Source: Candidatus Poribacteria bacterium (GTDB lineage Bacteria; Poribacteria; WGA-4E; PCPOR2b). Taken from it: 64,000 nucleotides of DNA. The DNA lies in assembly GCA_963665285.1 (NCBI GenBank), contig OY762266.1, positions 685,758-749,757 on the forward strand. The letters run 5' to 3'. The notes below the pieces were generated by a model. It made no database searches. It worked only from the letters and a program-made list of their open reading frames with translations, and was not told the DNA's origin. Positions 1 through 9,541 of the stretch are shown here, in pieces (positions within the stretch are counted from its first letter, which is position 1; every line of letters begins with the position of its first letter). The translations under genes were made by a program, and so were the position numbers.

Positions 1-1079
1 TGAAGTTCCTCTCCCGTGGCAAGTGGGACGCCGATGTGGTTGCTAAACATCTGATTAAGTTGCTGCAAGGGTGCTTTGCCAACTGGGTCTACGTTTACGA
101 TGAGACCCAAGTGATAAAGACATCAGACAAGCAATTTGGACTTCACTTTTTTAGAAATCATCGCTACCACAAGCGCAACAGAAATCAATCGAAGTTTCAC
201 TCAGGACATCAGTTTGGCGCATTGGGGTTGCTTTGTAGCACGGTTACGGAGACGATACTGTTTCCCGTTTGGGTGAACCTGATATGTCCCAAGACAAAGC
301 GAGATAGCAGCAACGCTGTTCTGAAGCGGATATGCACGCACATTCCCCGTGGACTGATTATCTTTGACCGGGGGTTCAATCGGCGCAAAGTGTTTGCCTG
401 TGTGCTTAAAGCCGGGCATCATCTGTTGTGTCGTGCCAAGTCCAATGCGGTCTTCTATCGATTGGCTGATGTAGCTAAGGGTTCCAAACGGGGACGTCCC
501 AAGAAGTATGGCAAACGCTTACACCTGCCATATCTACGGTATGCAACGATTCACATTGACAACAAACGGTATGCCATCGCATCGGTAGAAGCACTTACTA
601 AAATGTGTCCACAGCCGGTGCGTCTGGTGGTGATACGAACCCGACCCAAAAAAGCTAAGTCGTTTCGATACTTCTGTGTGTACACCACTGACTTGACTCT
701 GGAGTTATCTCAGATTGTGCGATATTATCAGAAAAGATGGACCATTGAGACCGCTTTTCGGGACGTTAAACAACACTTCGGGTTTGACCAATATCGGGTC
801 AAATCCAAAAAAAGCATCAGTCGATGGGTACAACTCAGTTTTGTCGCTGTTTGTCTGACCCAATTGGTCTTTACCATCATTGCTAACACAAGCCAGCCAA
901 TAACCGTCGCGCGGGTGTGTCAGGAATTGGGCATTGATTGGTATCGACCTAAGAAGTTGACACGCGGATTGATGGTGCGCTATCTACGCGATTTAATTGG
1001 TAGACGACTATTTTCTGCGACAACTTCGCAGAAAAGTAAATCGCCCAATATTCAACAAACCTGTGACACAGACGCATGA
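1..1079 (+). CDS. IS701/IS4-type DDE transposase, 5'-truncated by the window edge
   Basis: Frame is open from nt 3 (KFLSRGKWDADV...). DDE motifs YVYDET, IIFDRGF and YQKRWTIETAFRDVKQHFG. Confidence 0.85.
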   Translation, partial: KFLSRGKWDADVVAKHLIKLLQGCFANWVYVYDETQVIKTSDKQFGLHFFRNHRYHKRNRNQSKFHSGHQFGALGLLCSTVTETILFPVWVNLICPKTKRDSSNAVLKRICTHIPRGLIIFDRGFNRRKVFACVLKAGHHLLCRAKSNAVFYRLADVAKGSKRGRPKKYGKRLHLPYLRYATIHIDNKRYAIASVEALTKMCPQPVRLVVIRTRPKKAKSFRYFCVYTTDLTLELSQIVRYYQKRWTIETAFRDVKQHFGFDQYRVKSKKSISRWVQLSFVAVCLTQLVFTIIANTSQPITVARVCQELGIDWYRPKKLTRGLMVRYLRDLIGRRLFSATTSQKSKSPNIQQTCDTDA

Positions 1080-1106
1080 AGCCAAAACAAATTGTCCAAA
1101 CTACAG
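1..1106 (+). mobile_element. IS701-like insertion sequence, right part
   Basis: Transposase followed by a plausible right end ...TTGTCCAAACTACAG then TAG. The left end is outside the window, so the boundary is unconfirmed. Confidence 0.55.
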
Positions 1107-1130
1107 TAGCCTTTTAGGAGAGCGAGGTAA

Positions 1131-2117
1131 ATGAGAACAAGGGTGAATGAAACGGTCGGTGGAACGTTTAACCAGAACCTTGTTGAAGAGCCGATCGAAG
1201 ATACGGAGAACTATGAAGGTAACGATGAGTGGGCAACGCCGTCAGAGAATGATGCGCCAACGCTTCAAATTGATGCATTAAGCACTTGGCTGCAGACGGT
1301 TTCCACGCACGGACTTCTGTCTAGAGAGCAAGAAATTGAGCTTGCGAAGCGGATTGAACAGAACGATGAAAGTGCGCGTGATGAGTTGGTCCAGGCGAAC
1401 TTGCGCTTAGTGGTTTCAGTCGCAATGAAGTATCAAGGACATAATGTCCCCCTCGAAGATCTCATCCAAGAGGGAAATATCGGGCTGATGCGCGCAGTCA
1501 GTAAATTCGATTATCGGAAGGGATTTAAGTTTAGCACCTACGCCATTTGGTGGATTCGGCAGGCAATCATGAGAACGCTCGATAACTGTTCGCGTTCAAT
1601 CCGTCTCCCATCTTATGTCGTTGCAAAGGCGAGCAAATTTGATTCGGCTTACGCAGACCTCAGCCAAACACTTCACCGTGAACCAACAATCGAGGAATTA
1701 TCCGAGGTACTAGAGTTGACGGATAAACAGATCGAGGATCTATTGGTTCTCAATTCGGGTACAATCTCGCTTGACCTACCCCTCAACGATGAGAAGAACT
1801 CAACCACCTTGCGAGATATTATTGAAGATCCCCAAGCGAATCCAGAAGCCGGTCCAATTGCGGATTTGGTGGAAGGGGATTTGGTGGACACGCTCCTCAG
1901 TAAATTGAAAGCGAGAGAACGAGAAGTAATAAAGATGCGATTTGGTCTTGAAGATGGCGAGGAAAAGACTTTACGTGAAATTGGGGAGAAGATGGATGTC
2001 ACAAGGGAACGGATCCGACAATTGGAAATTGAGGCAATCGCTCGTATAAAACGTCTGTACGACGAGGCAGGGGAACTTCGGCTGGCGAAGGATGCGTCAA
2101 GTTGTCCGGCTGCGTAG
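1131..2117 (+). CDS. RNA polymerase sigma-70 factor, RpoD/RpoS-like, lacking region 1.1
   Basis: [12 protein letters not shown] (1.2), [44 protein letters not shown] (2), [16 protein letters not shown] (4); upstream RBS-like GAGG. Confidence 0.92.
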   Translation: MRTRVNETVGGTFNQNLVEEPIEDTENYEGNDEWATPSENDAPTLQIDALSTWLQTVSTHGLLSREQEIELAKRIEQNDESARDELVQANLRLVVSVAMKYQGHNVPLEDLIQEGNIGLMRAVSKFDYRKGFKFSTYAIWWIRQAIMRTLDNCSRSIRLPSYVVAKASKFDSAYADLSQTLHREPTIEELSEVLELTDKQIEDLLVLNSGTISLDLPLNDEKNSTTLRDIIEDPQANPEAGPIADLVEGDLVDTLLSKLKAREREVIKMRFGLEDGEEKTLREIGEKMDVTRERIRQLEIEAIARIKRLYDEAGELRLAKDASSCPAA

Positions 2118-2144
2118 TAGTTACCAACACTTTAAGGAGAGATA

Positions 2145-2777
2145 ATGAAGAATCTGCTGAATAAATTAAAACAGAAACAACCTCAAACGGCAGACGATGC
2201 CACACTGCTTACTGTCACCGATGCTGCCAAGGAGAAGATTCGATCGGTGATTGAAGACCAAGGGATGGAAGTTGAAGGGCTGCGCATTAGCATCAATGGC
2301 CGTTCCGCATCAGCGTTTGAGTATGGGCTAGGTCTCGAAGTTGAGCTTGATCCAGGTGATGTTGTGGTTGATTGCGGCGATTTCAAGGTTTTGATTGATC
2401 CGGAAAGTGCTGAAAACCTAAAGGGGGCAATCATTGATTATGTGGAAGACCTGAATTCAAACGGTTTCAAGATCGATAACCCAAACACACCGACATGGGA
2501 TAATCCCAAAGCCCAAGCGATTCAGCAACTCATCGACGAACGGATTAATCCGGCGGTTGCATCGCACGGGGGGCAGATCGATTTACTGGATGTTACAGAC
2601 GATTCCATCTACATCCACATGGGTGGCGGCTGCCAAGGGTGTGGGATGGCAAACGTCACATTGAAGCACGGCATCGAGGGGATGATTCAAGAACATTTCC
2701 CCGAAATTAAGAATATTATTGATACCACCGACCACGCCTCCGGCACGAACCCTTATTACGAATCGAGTAAAGGGTAA
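2145..2777 (+). CDS. nfuA: Fe-S cluster carrier NfuA
   Basis: Degenerate A-type carrier N-domain plus NifU C-domain INPAVASHGG...GGGCQGC...DTTDHASGTNPYY; AAGGAG RBS. Confidence 0.88.
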   Translation: MKNLLNKLKQKQPQTADDATLLTVTDAAKEKIRSVIEDQGMEVEGLRISINGRSASAFEYGLGLEVELDPGDVVVDCGDFKVLIDPESAENLKGAIIDYVEDLNSNGFKIDNPNTPTWDNPKAQAIQQLIDERINPAVASHGGQIDLLDVTDDSIYIHMGGGCQGCGMANVTLKHGIEGMIQEHFPEIKNIIDTTDHASGTNPYYESSKG

Positions 2778-2883
2778 CGAGGGGCTGTAATTGTCCGCTA
2801 ATGGGTAGTTTTGGTCAATTGCGGGCGAGGTGGTTTCGCCTCTACTGTTTTTCGCATGAGTCATCCGCTTTAGGGAGGTTGTC

Positions 2884-3558
2884 ATGTTTAAGCGTCGATT
2901 CATGTTTTATATTGTTGTGGTGGCTGTGCTTTTTAGTGGCTATTTGGGATATAGGTTTTACGAACACCGCGTTAAACCGACACCAGCAGCGAAGGCAATG
3001 CAGTTTGAGGCTAACGAGACTGATCGTGTGTTTTTAGAGCGAGCAGAACCTGTAAGCCAACTGCCAAGGGATCTCGTAAAGCAATCTCCATTACTGATCA
3101 CTCCTGTGTGGACGTATACGCCGCAGAAATGGGATAGTGGTGCTGTTGATTCGGTAAACGCTATTGCCTTGGCGACCGATGCCGTAGGGTTTGAAGCAAC
3201 CAAGCTGCCGGACGGAAAAGCATACCGACTTCCGGCACCAGAAGAAAAGACACTTCTCGCGGGGGACGTAATCAGCGCTGAAGAGGTAATTTATAGAATC
3301 TTCACAACCCCGGAGAACGCGCCTGAAATTCCTTTCGATGAACCAATCTTTCGTCATGATGTCCCGCTGTCGGAAGACCCTCCGATTCCCTACCCATTGA
3401 TAGCGAAGTTTCTTAATAAACAGGATGATACCTCTTTAACAGCACTCACAGATTGGATAAAATCGGTAGGCGGAGCAGCCCGGGCGCAATCATTAATTGA
3501 GGCAGCGGGGCTATCGGATTCTATACGGATTGAAACAGTGACTATTCTCCGTCGATAA
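2884..3558 (+). CDS. Hypothetical protein with N-terminal membrane anchor
   Basis: 224-aa ORF, GGAGG RBS, hydrophobic N-terminus. Confidence 0.7.
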   Translation: MFKRRFMFYIVVVAVLFSGYLGYRFYEHRVKPTPAAKAMQFEANETDRVFLERAEPVSQLPRDLVKQSPLLITPVWTYTPQKWDSGAVDSVNAIALATDAVGFEATKLPDGKAYRLPAPEEKTLLAGDVISAEEVIYRIFTTPENAPEIPFDEPIFRHDVPLSEDPPIPYPLIAKFLNKQDDTSLTALTDWIKSVGGAARAQSLIEAAGLSDSIRIETVTILRR

Positions 3559-3669
3559 AGGCAAGCGGAAACGAGAAACGTGAAGATAATTCTGATGATA
3601 AGACGCCAGAGCAATAATTCTCTGTAAGGGCAGATCGCTGTATCTGCCCCTATTTTCTCAAGGGTCAAA

Positions 3670-5193
3670 TTGATGATGAAACGTCCGGGAGCAATATTAC
3701 TCATTTCCTGTTATGAACTAGGACATCAGCCTATCGGTCTTGCCTCCCCACTTGGATTTCTTGAGCGCGCTGGATATACGCCGGACGTGATGGACATCGC
3801 TGTTGAAACCTTCGATGTGGAAAAAGCTGCCCCCGCAGAATTTGTTGGGATCTGTGTGCCGATGCACACCGCCCTCCGTTTAGGTGTCCATGTCGCAACC
3901 CGCCTTCGCAGAATCAATCCGACCTGCCACATCTGTTTTTACGGTCTCTACGCCTCGCTGAACGCTGAATACCTACTCCAACATCATGCCGATTCAGTCA
4001 TCGGTGGCGAATATGAAACACCGATGGTCGAATTGGTTGACTCCCTTGCAGATAGCACTCATATCGAGATAGCGGGTGTCCTCCGACGCGAGGATGCCGA
4101 ATCACTTCAAGATACCCCGGAATCCAAACCGCTGCTGAGACCTTCACACAATAGGGTAAGCGTTTATAAACCGCGCAGCGATTCGTCTGGCGAACCCCTC
4201 GCCGTGCCGATTCGGAAACGATTGCCACCACTTGACAATTATGCACACCTTGAACAGGATGGTGTCGCCCATATCGCCGGTTATGTAGAGGCAAGCCGTG
4301 GGTGCAAACACCTTTGTCTCCACTGCCCCATCCCACCAGTTTATGAGGGCAAATTCTCCGTCGTGCCGAAAGAGATTGTGCTTGAGGATATTCGAGCGCA
4401 AGTCGATGCCGGTGCAGCGCATATCACATTCGGCGATCCTGACTTCCTGAATGGTCCCAAACACGCGCTTCGGATTGTTCAATCCATGCACGAAGCGTTT
4501 CCGAACCTGACCTTCGACTGCACAACTAAAATTGAGCACCTCCTGAAACATCGTGCCCTCCTGCCGGAACTCCGCGATTGTGGTTGTATCTTCATTGTTT
4601 CCGCTGTTGAATCGCTCAACGACACGGTACTTGACAACCTGCAAAAAGGGCATACATGCGCGGACGTTTTTGATGTCATTGATCTTTTGAAGGAGGTTGG
4701 GATTGCCATTCGACCCTCACTTGTTCCGTTCACGCCGTGGGAGACCCTCGATAGCTATCTATACCTCCTCGACTGTGTTGAAAGCAAAGGGCTAATCGAT
4801 CATATCGATCCCGTACAGTACGCGATTCGGCTGCTTGTTCCGCCCGGTTCTTCTTTGCTGTCCCGACCATCTATTCAACCGTATCTTGGGGCACTCGATC
4901 AGGAGTCCTTTACCTATCGCTGGAACCACCCTGATCCGCGAATGGATGAACTCCACAAAGCGGTCAGTGTCGCCGTAGAGAGCGCGTCGCAGATCGATGA
5001 AGATGCGTTTGTAACCTTCCATCGGGTGCACAACCTCGCGTATGCCTCAATCGGTAAAGAGGAATCCTCCGTTGTGTTCCCAATGGATTTTGAGCCTGAT
5101 CGAAAGCGACCGCCTCGCCTGACTGAAGATTGGTTCTGCTGAGCGGAACCAACACAGGGTCAGTTAGACCCACTCAACCATAGTGAATTCTAG
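3670..5193 (+). CDS. CUAEP/CCAEP-tail radical SAM selenoprotein (B12-binding-like N-domain); Sec at TGA 5140-5142
   Basis: SRGCKHLCLHC (CxxxCxxC). Reading through TGA gives WFC-U-AEPTQGQLDPLNHSEF to TAG 5191-5193. SECIS-like hairpin follows the TGA. Confidence 0.85.
5157..5171 (+). promoter_or_regulatory. Putative bacterial SECIS hairpin
   Basis: GGGTC-AGTTA-GACCC; stem starts 14 nt after the UGA, with G at loop position 2. Confidence 0.7.
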
Positions 5194-5346
5194 AAACAGG
5201 TAGACACTTCTCCAGTAGGCATTGCAGGAGAGTCGTTTTGTGGGAGGGAAATCTTCTAAGTTTGCCTGCGAAATCAGAGGTGTCCGCATAATCGGGGTTG
5301 AAAACCCCTCCCACAGCGTCCAAACAGTTATGAACTTTGCTATAGT
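5179..5346. repeat. MITE/REP-like intergenic element between convergent genes
   Basis: CATAGTGAATTCTAGAAACAGGTAGACACTT matches the reverse complement of ~15988-16018; internal GTGGGAGGG...CCCTCCCAC inverted pair. Confidence 0.5.
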
Positions 5347-5351
5347 GCGAC

Positions 5352-6641
5352 TTACGCCATTAGTTTTTCGATTTCATCAATTGTCTTCGGTACGGCTGCT
5401 GTTAGGACTTCACAGCCGGACTCGGTGACCAGAATATTGTCCTCAATCCGCACACCAATTCCCGAATACTCCGGTGGAATGTCTTCGCTATCAGGATCAA
5501 TGTAGAGTCCCGGTTCGACCGTCATCACCATTCCCGGTTGGAAGGTTCTGTGTTCTTCCCCCTCCCGCGTTTTTGCCACGTCGTGAACCTCTACCCCCAG
5601 CATGTGTCCGACGCTGTGCATATAAAATTTTCGATATTCCTGTTCCTCGATTATCTTTTCTTTCTCTCCGACCAATAACCCTAACTCCAGCATTGCTTCA
5701 GTCAACATCTCTACCGCCTTCTGAGCAGGATCACCAATCGAGACGCCGGGACGAATGCTTTCGATAATCTCGCACTGGGCATCAAGCACCGACTGGTAGA
5801 TTGCCCGCTGCGGATCTGTAAACTTGCCGTTGGCGGGAAATGTTCGCGTTATATCGCCGCAATAGTATTGGTATTCGCATCCCGCATCAATGAGTACCAA
5901 ATCACCATCTTCGATTTGGCAGTCGTTTGTCGTATAGTGCAGGGTCGTTGCGTTTGCGCCTTTCGCTACAATCGTGAGAAATGCGGGACCTGTACCGCCG
6001 TTCTTCCGATAGATTGAGTCAATCAGGCTTTCCAACTCATATTCGTATATGCCGGGGCGAACCGCCCCCATTGCTGTCATGTGTGCTTCAACACTGATGT
6101 CTACCGCTTTGCGAATCCGTCCGAGTTCCGTTTCATCTTTGATGAGACGCATTCCGGCAAGGAGGTCGGTAGGGTCAATTAAGGTGGTAGGTCCCGTTCC
6201 CTCGCGCAAACGATGCCGTCTATACCCCTTGAGAAGTTCAATAATTTTCTGATTGAAAGCATCGTCCGCACCGAACCCGTAGTATAGCCGCTCCGATGTC
6301 CCGATATATTCGGAGATTTTTTCGTCAAATTCCTCAATAGGATAGGCTTCATCTGCGCCGAAACGTTCCTTTGCACCTTCGACACCGGCGCGCTTGCCGG
6401 TCCATACCTCCTGTTCAGGGGCACGGGGACGGACAAATAAAACATATTGATGTTCAGGGTGATCTGGGGCAATGACGCAAACCGCCTCCGGCTCCTCAAA
6501 GCCGGTTAAGTAGTAGAAATTGGCGTCTTGACGGTATCTATATTCGGTCGAGTGGGTGCGCATTGCCTGCAATGCACTGGGAAAGATTGCAACCCCTCCC
6601 GCTATTTTTTCCATAAATGCTTTGCGTCTATGCTCGTGCAT
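5352..6641 (-). CDS. pepP: Xaa-Pro aminopeptidase (aminopeptidase P)
   Basis: YRYRQDANFYYLTGF N-domain; LIDAGCE, DITRTFP, HSVGHMLG..VHD, TVEPGLY, GVRIED metal motifs. Confidence 0.92.
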   Translation of the reverse strand: MHEHRRKAFMEKIAGGVAIFPSALQAMRTHSTEYRYRQDANFYYLTGFEEPEAVCVIAPDHPEHQYVLFVRPRAPEQEVWTGKRAGVEGAKERFGADEAYPIEEFDEKISEYIGTSERLYYGFGADDAFNQKIIELLKGYRRHRLREGTGPTTLIDPTDLLAGMRLIKDETELGRIRKAVDISVEAHMTAMGAVRPGIYEYELESLIDSIYRKNGGTGPAFLTIVAKGANATTLHYTTNDCQIEDGDLVLIDAGCEYQYYCGDITRTFPANGKFTDPQRAIYQSVLDAQCEIIESIRPGVSIGDPAQKAVEMLTEAMLELGLLVGEKEKIIEEQEYRKFYMHSVGHMLGVEVHDVAKTREGEEHRTFQPGMVMTVEPGLYIDPDSEDIPPEYSGIGVRIEDNILVTESGCEVLTAAVPKTIDEIEKLMA

Positions 6642-6792
6642 ATTTGCTTTCTCCTTCTATTGATAACTATAATTGAGATTGATCGACATTATAGCATAAT
6701 CCCCAAGGCAGCCGAATCAAAAAGAAAGCGTCGGGATTCGGAGATCCCTCCTACAGGAGAATTAAATGAGGCTACTAATGAACCAATTTGCG

Positions 6793-6821
6793 TTGCAGGT
6801 TTTCGTCAGATTTGCTATAAT
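6793..6821 (+). promoter_or_regulatory. Putative sigma70 promoter for the adenosyltransferase gene
   Basis: TTGCAG-17 nt-TATAAT with extended -10 TG. Confidence 0.55.
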
Positions 6822-6848
6822 GACAAAAAATGGGACGGGGGCTGAAGC

Positions 6849-7412
6849 ATGAAAATCTATACCAAAACTGGAGACACCGGTGAGACAGGGCTTTACGGTG
6901 GGACACGGGTGTCTAAAGACGCGATGCGCGTTGAGGCTTGCGGGACGGTTGACGAACTTAACGCCTGCATCGGGTTCGTGAGATCGCAGATTCAGGACGA
7001 GGAAATCGACGCAATTCTCCATCGGATCCAAAACGAACTCTTTGATATCGGGGCAGATCTCGCAACATTGGAGTCGCACCCGAAGGCAGCAAGCCTGCGA
7101 ATCCCGCCAACCTTGACCCCTGAACTAGAAAGAGAGATTGACCGGTTTGGCGACCAACTTCCACCGCTAAAACAGTTCATTTTGCCCGGTGGTGCAGCGG
7201 GTGGTGCAGCGGTTCACCTCGCCCGAACTGTTTGCCGTCGCGCCGAGCGGTGTGTTGTCACGCTTGTTAAAGGGGAAGTGGTAAATCCAGAGGTGATTAT
7301 TTACCTTAACCGGCTCTCCGATCTGCTATTTGTACTTGCCCGCACAGTCAATCACCGGTCAGACGAATCGGAACCTGTTTGGGAATCGCAGACGGAACGG
7401 GCGAAACCGTAA
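6849..7412 (+). CDS. pduO: ATP:cob(I)alamin adenosyltransferase, PduO type
   Basis: KIYTKTGDTGETGL, GTVDELN, FILPGG, ARTVCRRAER, YLNRLSDLLF. Confidence 0.93.
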   Translation: MKIYTKTGDTGETGLYGGTRVSKDAMRVEACGTVDELNACIGFVRSQIQDEEIDAILHRIQNELFDIGADLATLESHPKAASLRIPPTLTPELEREIDRFGDQLPPLKQFILPGGAAGGAAVHLARTVCRRAERCVVTLVKGEVVNPEVIIYLNRLSDLLFVLARTVNHRSDESEPVWESQTERAKP

Positions 7413-7513
7413 GGGTCACATTTATGTAGGGATCGTGGGCTTCTCGGTCAGGATATATTGTAGCTGCCCGATTCATCGGGTATCGTAACTCACAACCCAT
7501 ACAAGGAGCAAAC

Positions 7514-8650
7514 ATGAACAACTCAAAAATAGATCGTATTGAATGCGTACCACTTATTGGCACCCGTCCGCGGCAAGCGGGGTGCAACTCACGCCTACAG
7601 GTACACGGGCTGCATGTCAGACCTCCCATCGCACGTATCACGACCGATGACGGTGCGATTGGTTTCGGTCTATCGCGTATGTCTGAGGAGGACGCCGCAG
7701 GGCTCGTCGGTGCTCCCTTGAGTGAGGCGTTTGACTCCGAAAACGGTGTCAGTGAACGCTTCCGTGCGCTCGAATACCCGCTCTGGGATCTCGCCGGAAA
7801 GCTGGCTGGAAAGCCGGTGTATGAGATGCTTGGTGGCAAACCCGATGCGGATGGTGTTTTCCGTGCACGCTGTTACGATACGTCGCTGTATATCGATGAC
7901 CTGCATCTAGCAGATGATAACGAAGCGGCTGCGTTGATTGCTTCCGAAGCGTTAGAAGGCAAAGCACGGGGACACAAAGCATACAAGATTAAGGTGGGAC
8001 GCGGTGCGATGCACATGCCGCTTGAACAGGGGACCCATCGCGATATTTTGGTGATCCGTGCTGTCAGGAATGCCGTTGGTCCCGATGCTACCATCCTGAT
8101 TGATGCCAACAACGGCTACAACCTGAACCTGACCAAGCAGGTGTTGAGTGAGACCGCTGAGGCAAAGGTGTATTGGATGGAGGAGGCTTTCCACGAGGAC
8201 GGCAGCTTCTACGCGAATCTGAAAGAGTGGCTCAATGCGGAAGGTATAGGGACGAAGATCGCTGATGGAGAGGGTGGTGCTTCGCTCAATCTGCTCCAGT
8301 GGGCGGAGGAGGGCTTGGTCGATATTGTCCAGTACGACATCTTCCACCCCGGTTTCTCCCGTTGGCTAGAGCTCGGACCCCAACTCGACGCATGGAACGT
8401 CGGTTCCGCACCGCATCACTACGGCGGGCATTACGGCAACTATGTGTCGTGTCACCTCTCTGCGGCTATTGAGGGTTTTGAGTTTGCCGAATGGGACGAA
8501 GCCGATACACCCGGCTTGGATGACTCCGGTTATTCAATATCTGATGGTCTGGTCAGCGTTCCTAGCTCGCCGGGTTTCGGTCTCAATCTGGACGAGGAGA
8601 TCTATGCCCGCGCCGTACAAGAGAACGGATTTGATGTTCGGGCGGCGTAA
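7514..8650 (+). CDS. Mandelate racemase/muconate lactonizing enzyme family protein
   Basis: LWDLAGK..GKPVYEMLGG, KIKVG, IDAN, WMEE, DGE enolase-superfamily motifs. Confidence 0.85.
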   Translation: MNNSKIDRIECVPLIGTRPRQAGCNSRLQVHGLHVRPPIARITTDDGAIGFGLSRMSEEDAAGLVGAPLSEAFDSENGVSERFRALEYPLWDLAGKLAGKPVYEMLGGKPDADGVFRARCYDTSLYIDDLHLADDNEAAALIASEALEGKARGHKAYKIKVGRGAMHMPLEQGTHRDILVIRAVRNAVGPDATILIDANNGYNLNLTKQVLSETAEAKVYWMEEAFHEDGSFYANLKEWLNAEGIGTKIADGEGGASLNLLQWAEEGLVDIVQYDIFHPGFSRWLELGPQLDAWNVGSAPHHYGGHYGNYVSCHLSAAIEGFEFAEWDEADTPGLDDSGYSISDGLVSVPSSPGFGLNLDEEIYARAVQENGFDVRAA

Positions 8651-8679
8651 TGCGTAAGGCGCAAAAGGCGATTGGGCTT

Positions 8680-8713
8680 CTAGTAGGGAATGCAGATCTG
8701 CATTCCCTACTAG
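8680..8713. repeat. Perfect 34-bp palindrome (REP-like or terminator)
   Basis: CTAGTAGGGAATGCAGA-TCTGCATTCCCTACTAG, 30 nt after the racemase stop. Confidence 0.7.
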
Positions 8714-8796
8714 TCTACTAGCGGGCAGACGGAAGATTCAAAAATGTCAGCACACTAACTAATCTCCAAAGAAATTGTCATTGCGTGGGACAAAAT

Positions 8797-9522
8797 ATGA
8801 ACAGACCAAACCAATCCGAGTCTGAAAACGACCTAAATGCAGTTTTTGAAAAAATCCAAGAGATAGCAGCAAAATCAAACGATGGTGATTATATCTATCG
8901 CGGCGAACCTGAACACTATCCAAAAGTTTCATCAAGCCTTTGGCGCGAATGTAGTAAAATATTGGGCATTGACCAATTTGATATAAAGGTTATCCAAGAT
9001 CAAATGCTGGAAGTGGTTAAAAGCTATACCCGCTATACCCCCGAAACAGAAGACTTTGAAATCTTAACCGAACTCCAACACTACGGCGGTCAAACCAACC
9101 TGATAGACTTTACAACTGACTTTCTAATTGCCCTCTTTTTCGCCTGCGATGGTTCTTATAAAACCCGTGGTAGGGTTATCCTGTTCCAAAAAACTGAGGA
9201 GAAAACCAAAGAATATGGAATCGAGGAACCTCGGAATCCGCAAACCCGTGTCATGGCACAGAAAAGTATATTCGTTCAACCGCCCAAGGGCTTTATTGAA
9301 CCAGAACAATACAAGACAATCACGATCGCAAAAAAACTCAAACAACCTATGTTAGACTACCTACGAAAGCATCACGGTATATCTACTAGAACTATCTACA
9401 ACGACCTCCATGGATTTATAAGAAACCAGAGCATCCATCAAGAGACATACATGGCACTTTATAAGGGCGCGACGCAGCCGCGCGAGGACAATTTAGGTTT
9501 TGATCAGATGGATTCCCATTAA
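8797..9522 (+). CDS. FRG domain protein
   Basis: YIYRGE, LQHYGGQTNLIDFT...ALFFAC, RVMAQKSIF. ATG 8797 preferred over GTG 8785. Confidence 0.85.
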   Translation: MNRPNQSESENDLNAVFEKIQEIAAKSNDGDYIYRGEPEHYPKVSSSLWRECSKILGIDQFDIKVIQDQMLEVVKSYTRYTPETEDFEILTELQHYGGQTNLIDFTTDFLIALFFACDGSYKTRGRVILFQKTEEKTKEYGIEEPRNPQTRVMAQKSIFVQPPKGFIEPEQYKTITIAKKLKQPMLDYLRKHHGISTRTIYNDLHGFIRNQSIHQETYMALYKGATQPREDNLGFDQMDSH

Positions 9523-9541
9523 CACAACGGAGGATCAAAGA

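Noticed and set aside
6642-6848. Cobalamin riboswitch before pduO
   Set aside because: Region is explained by a REP and a promoter close to the start; no B12 box recognised.
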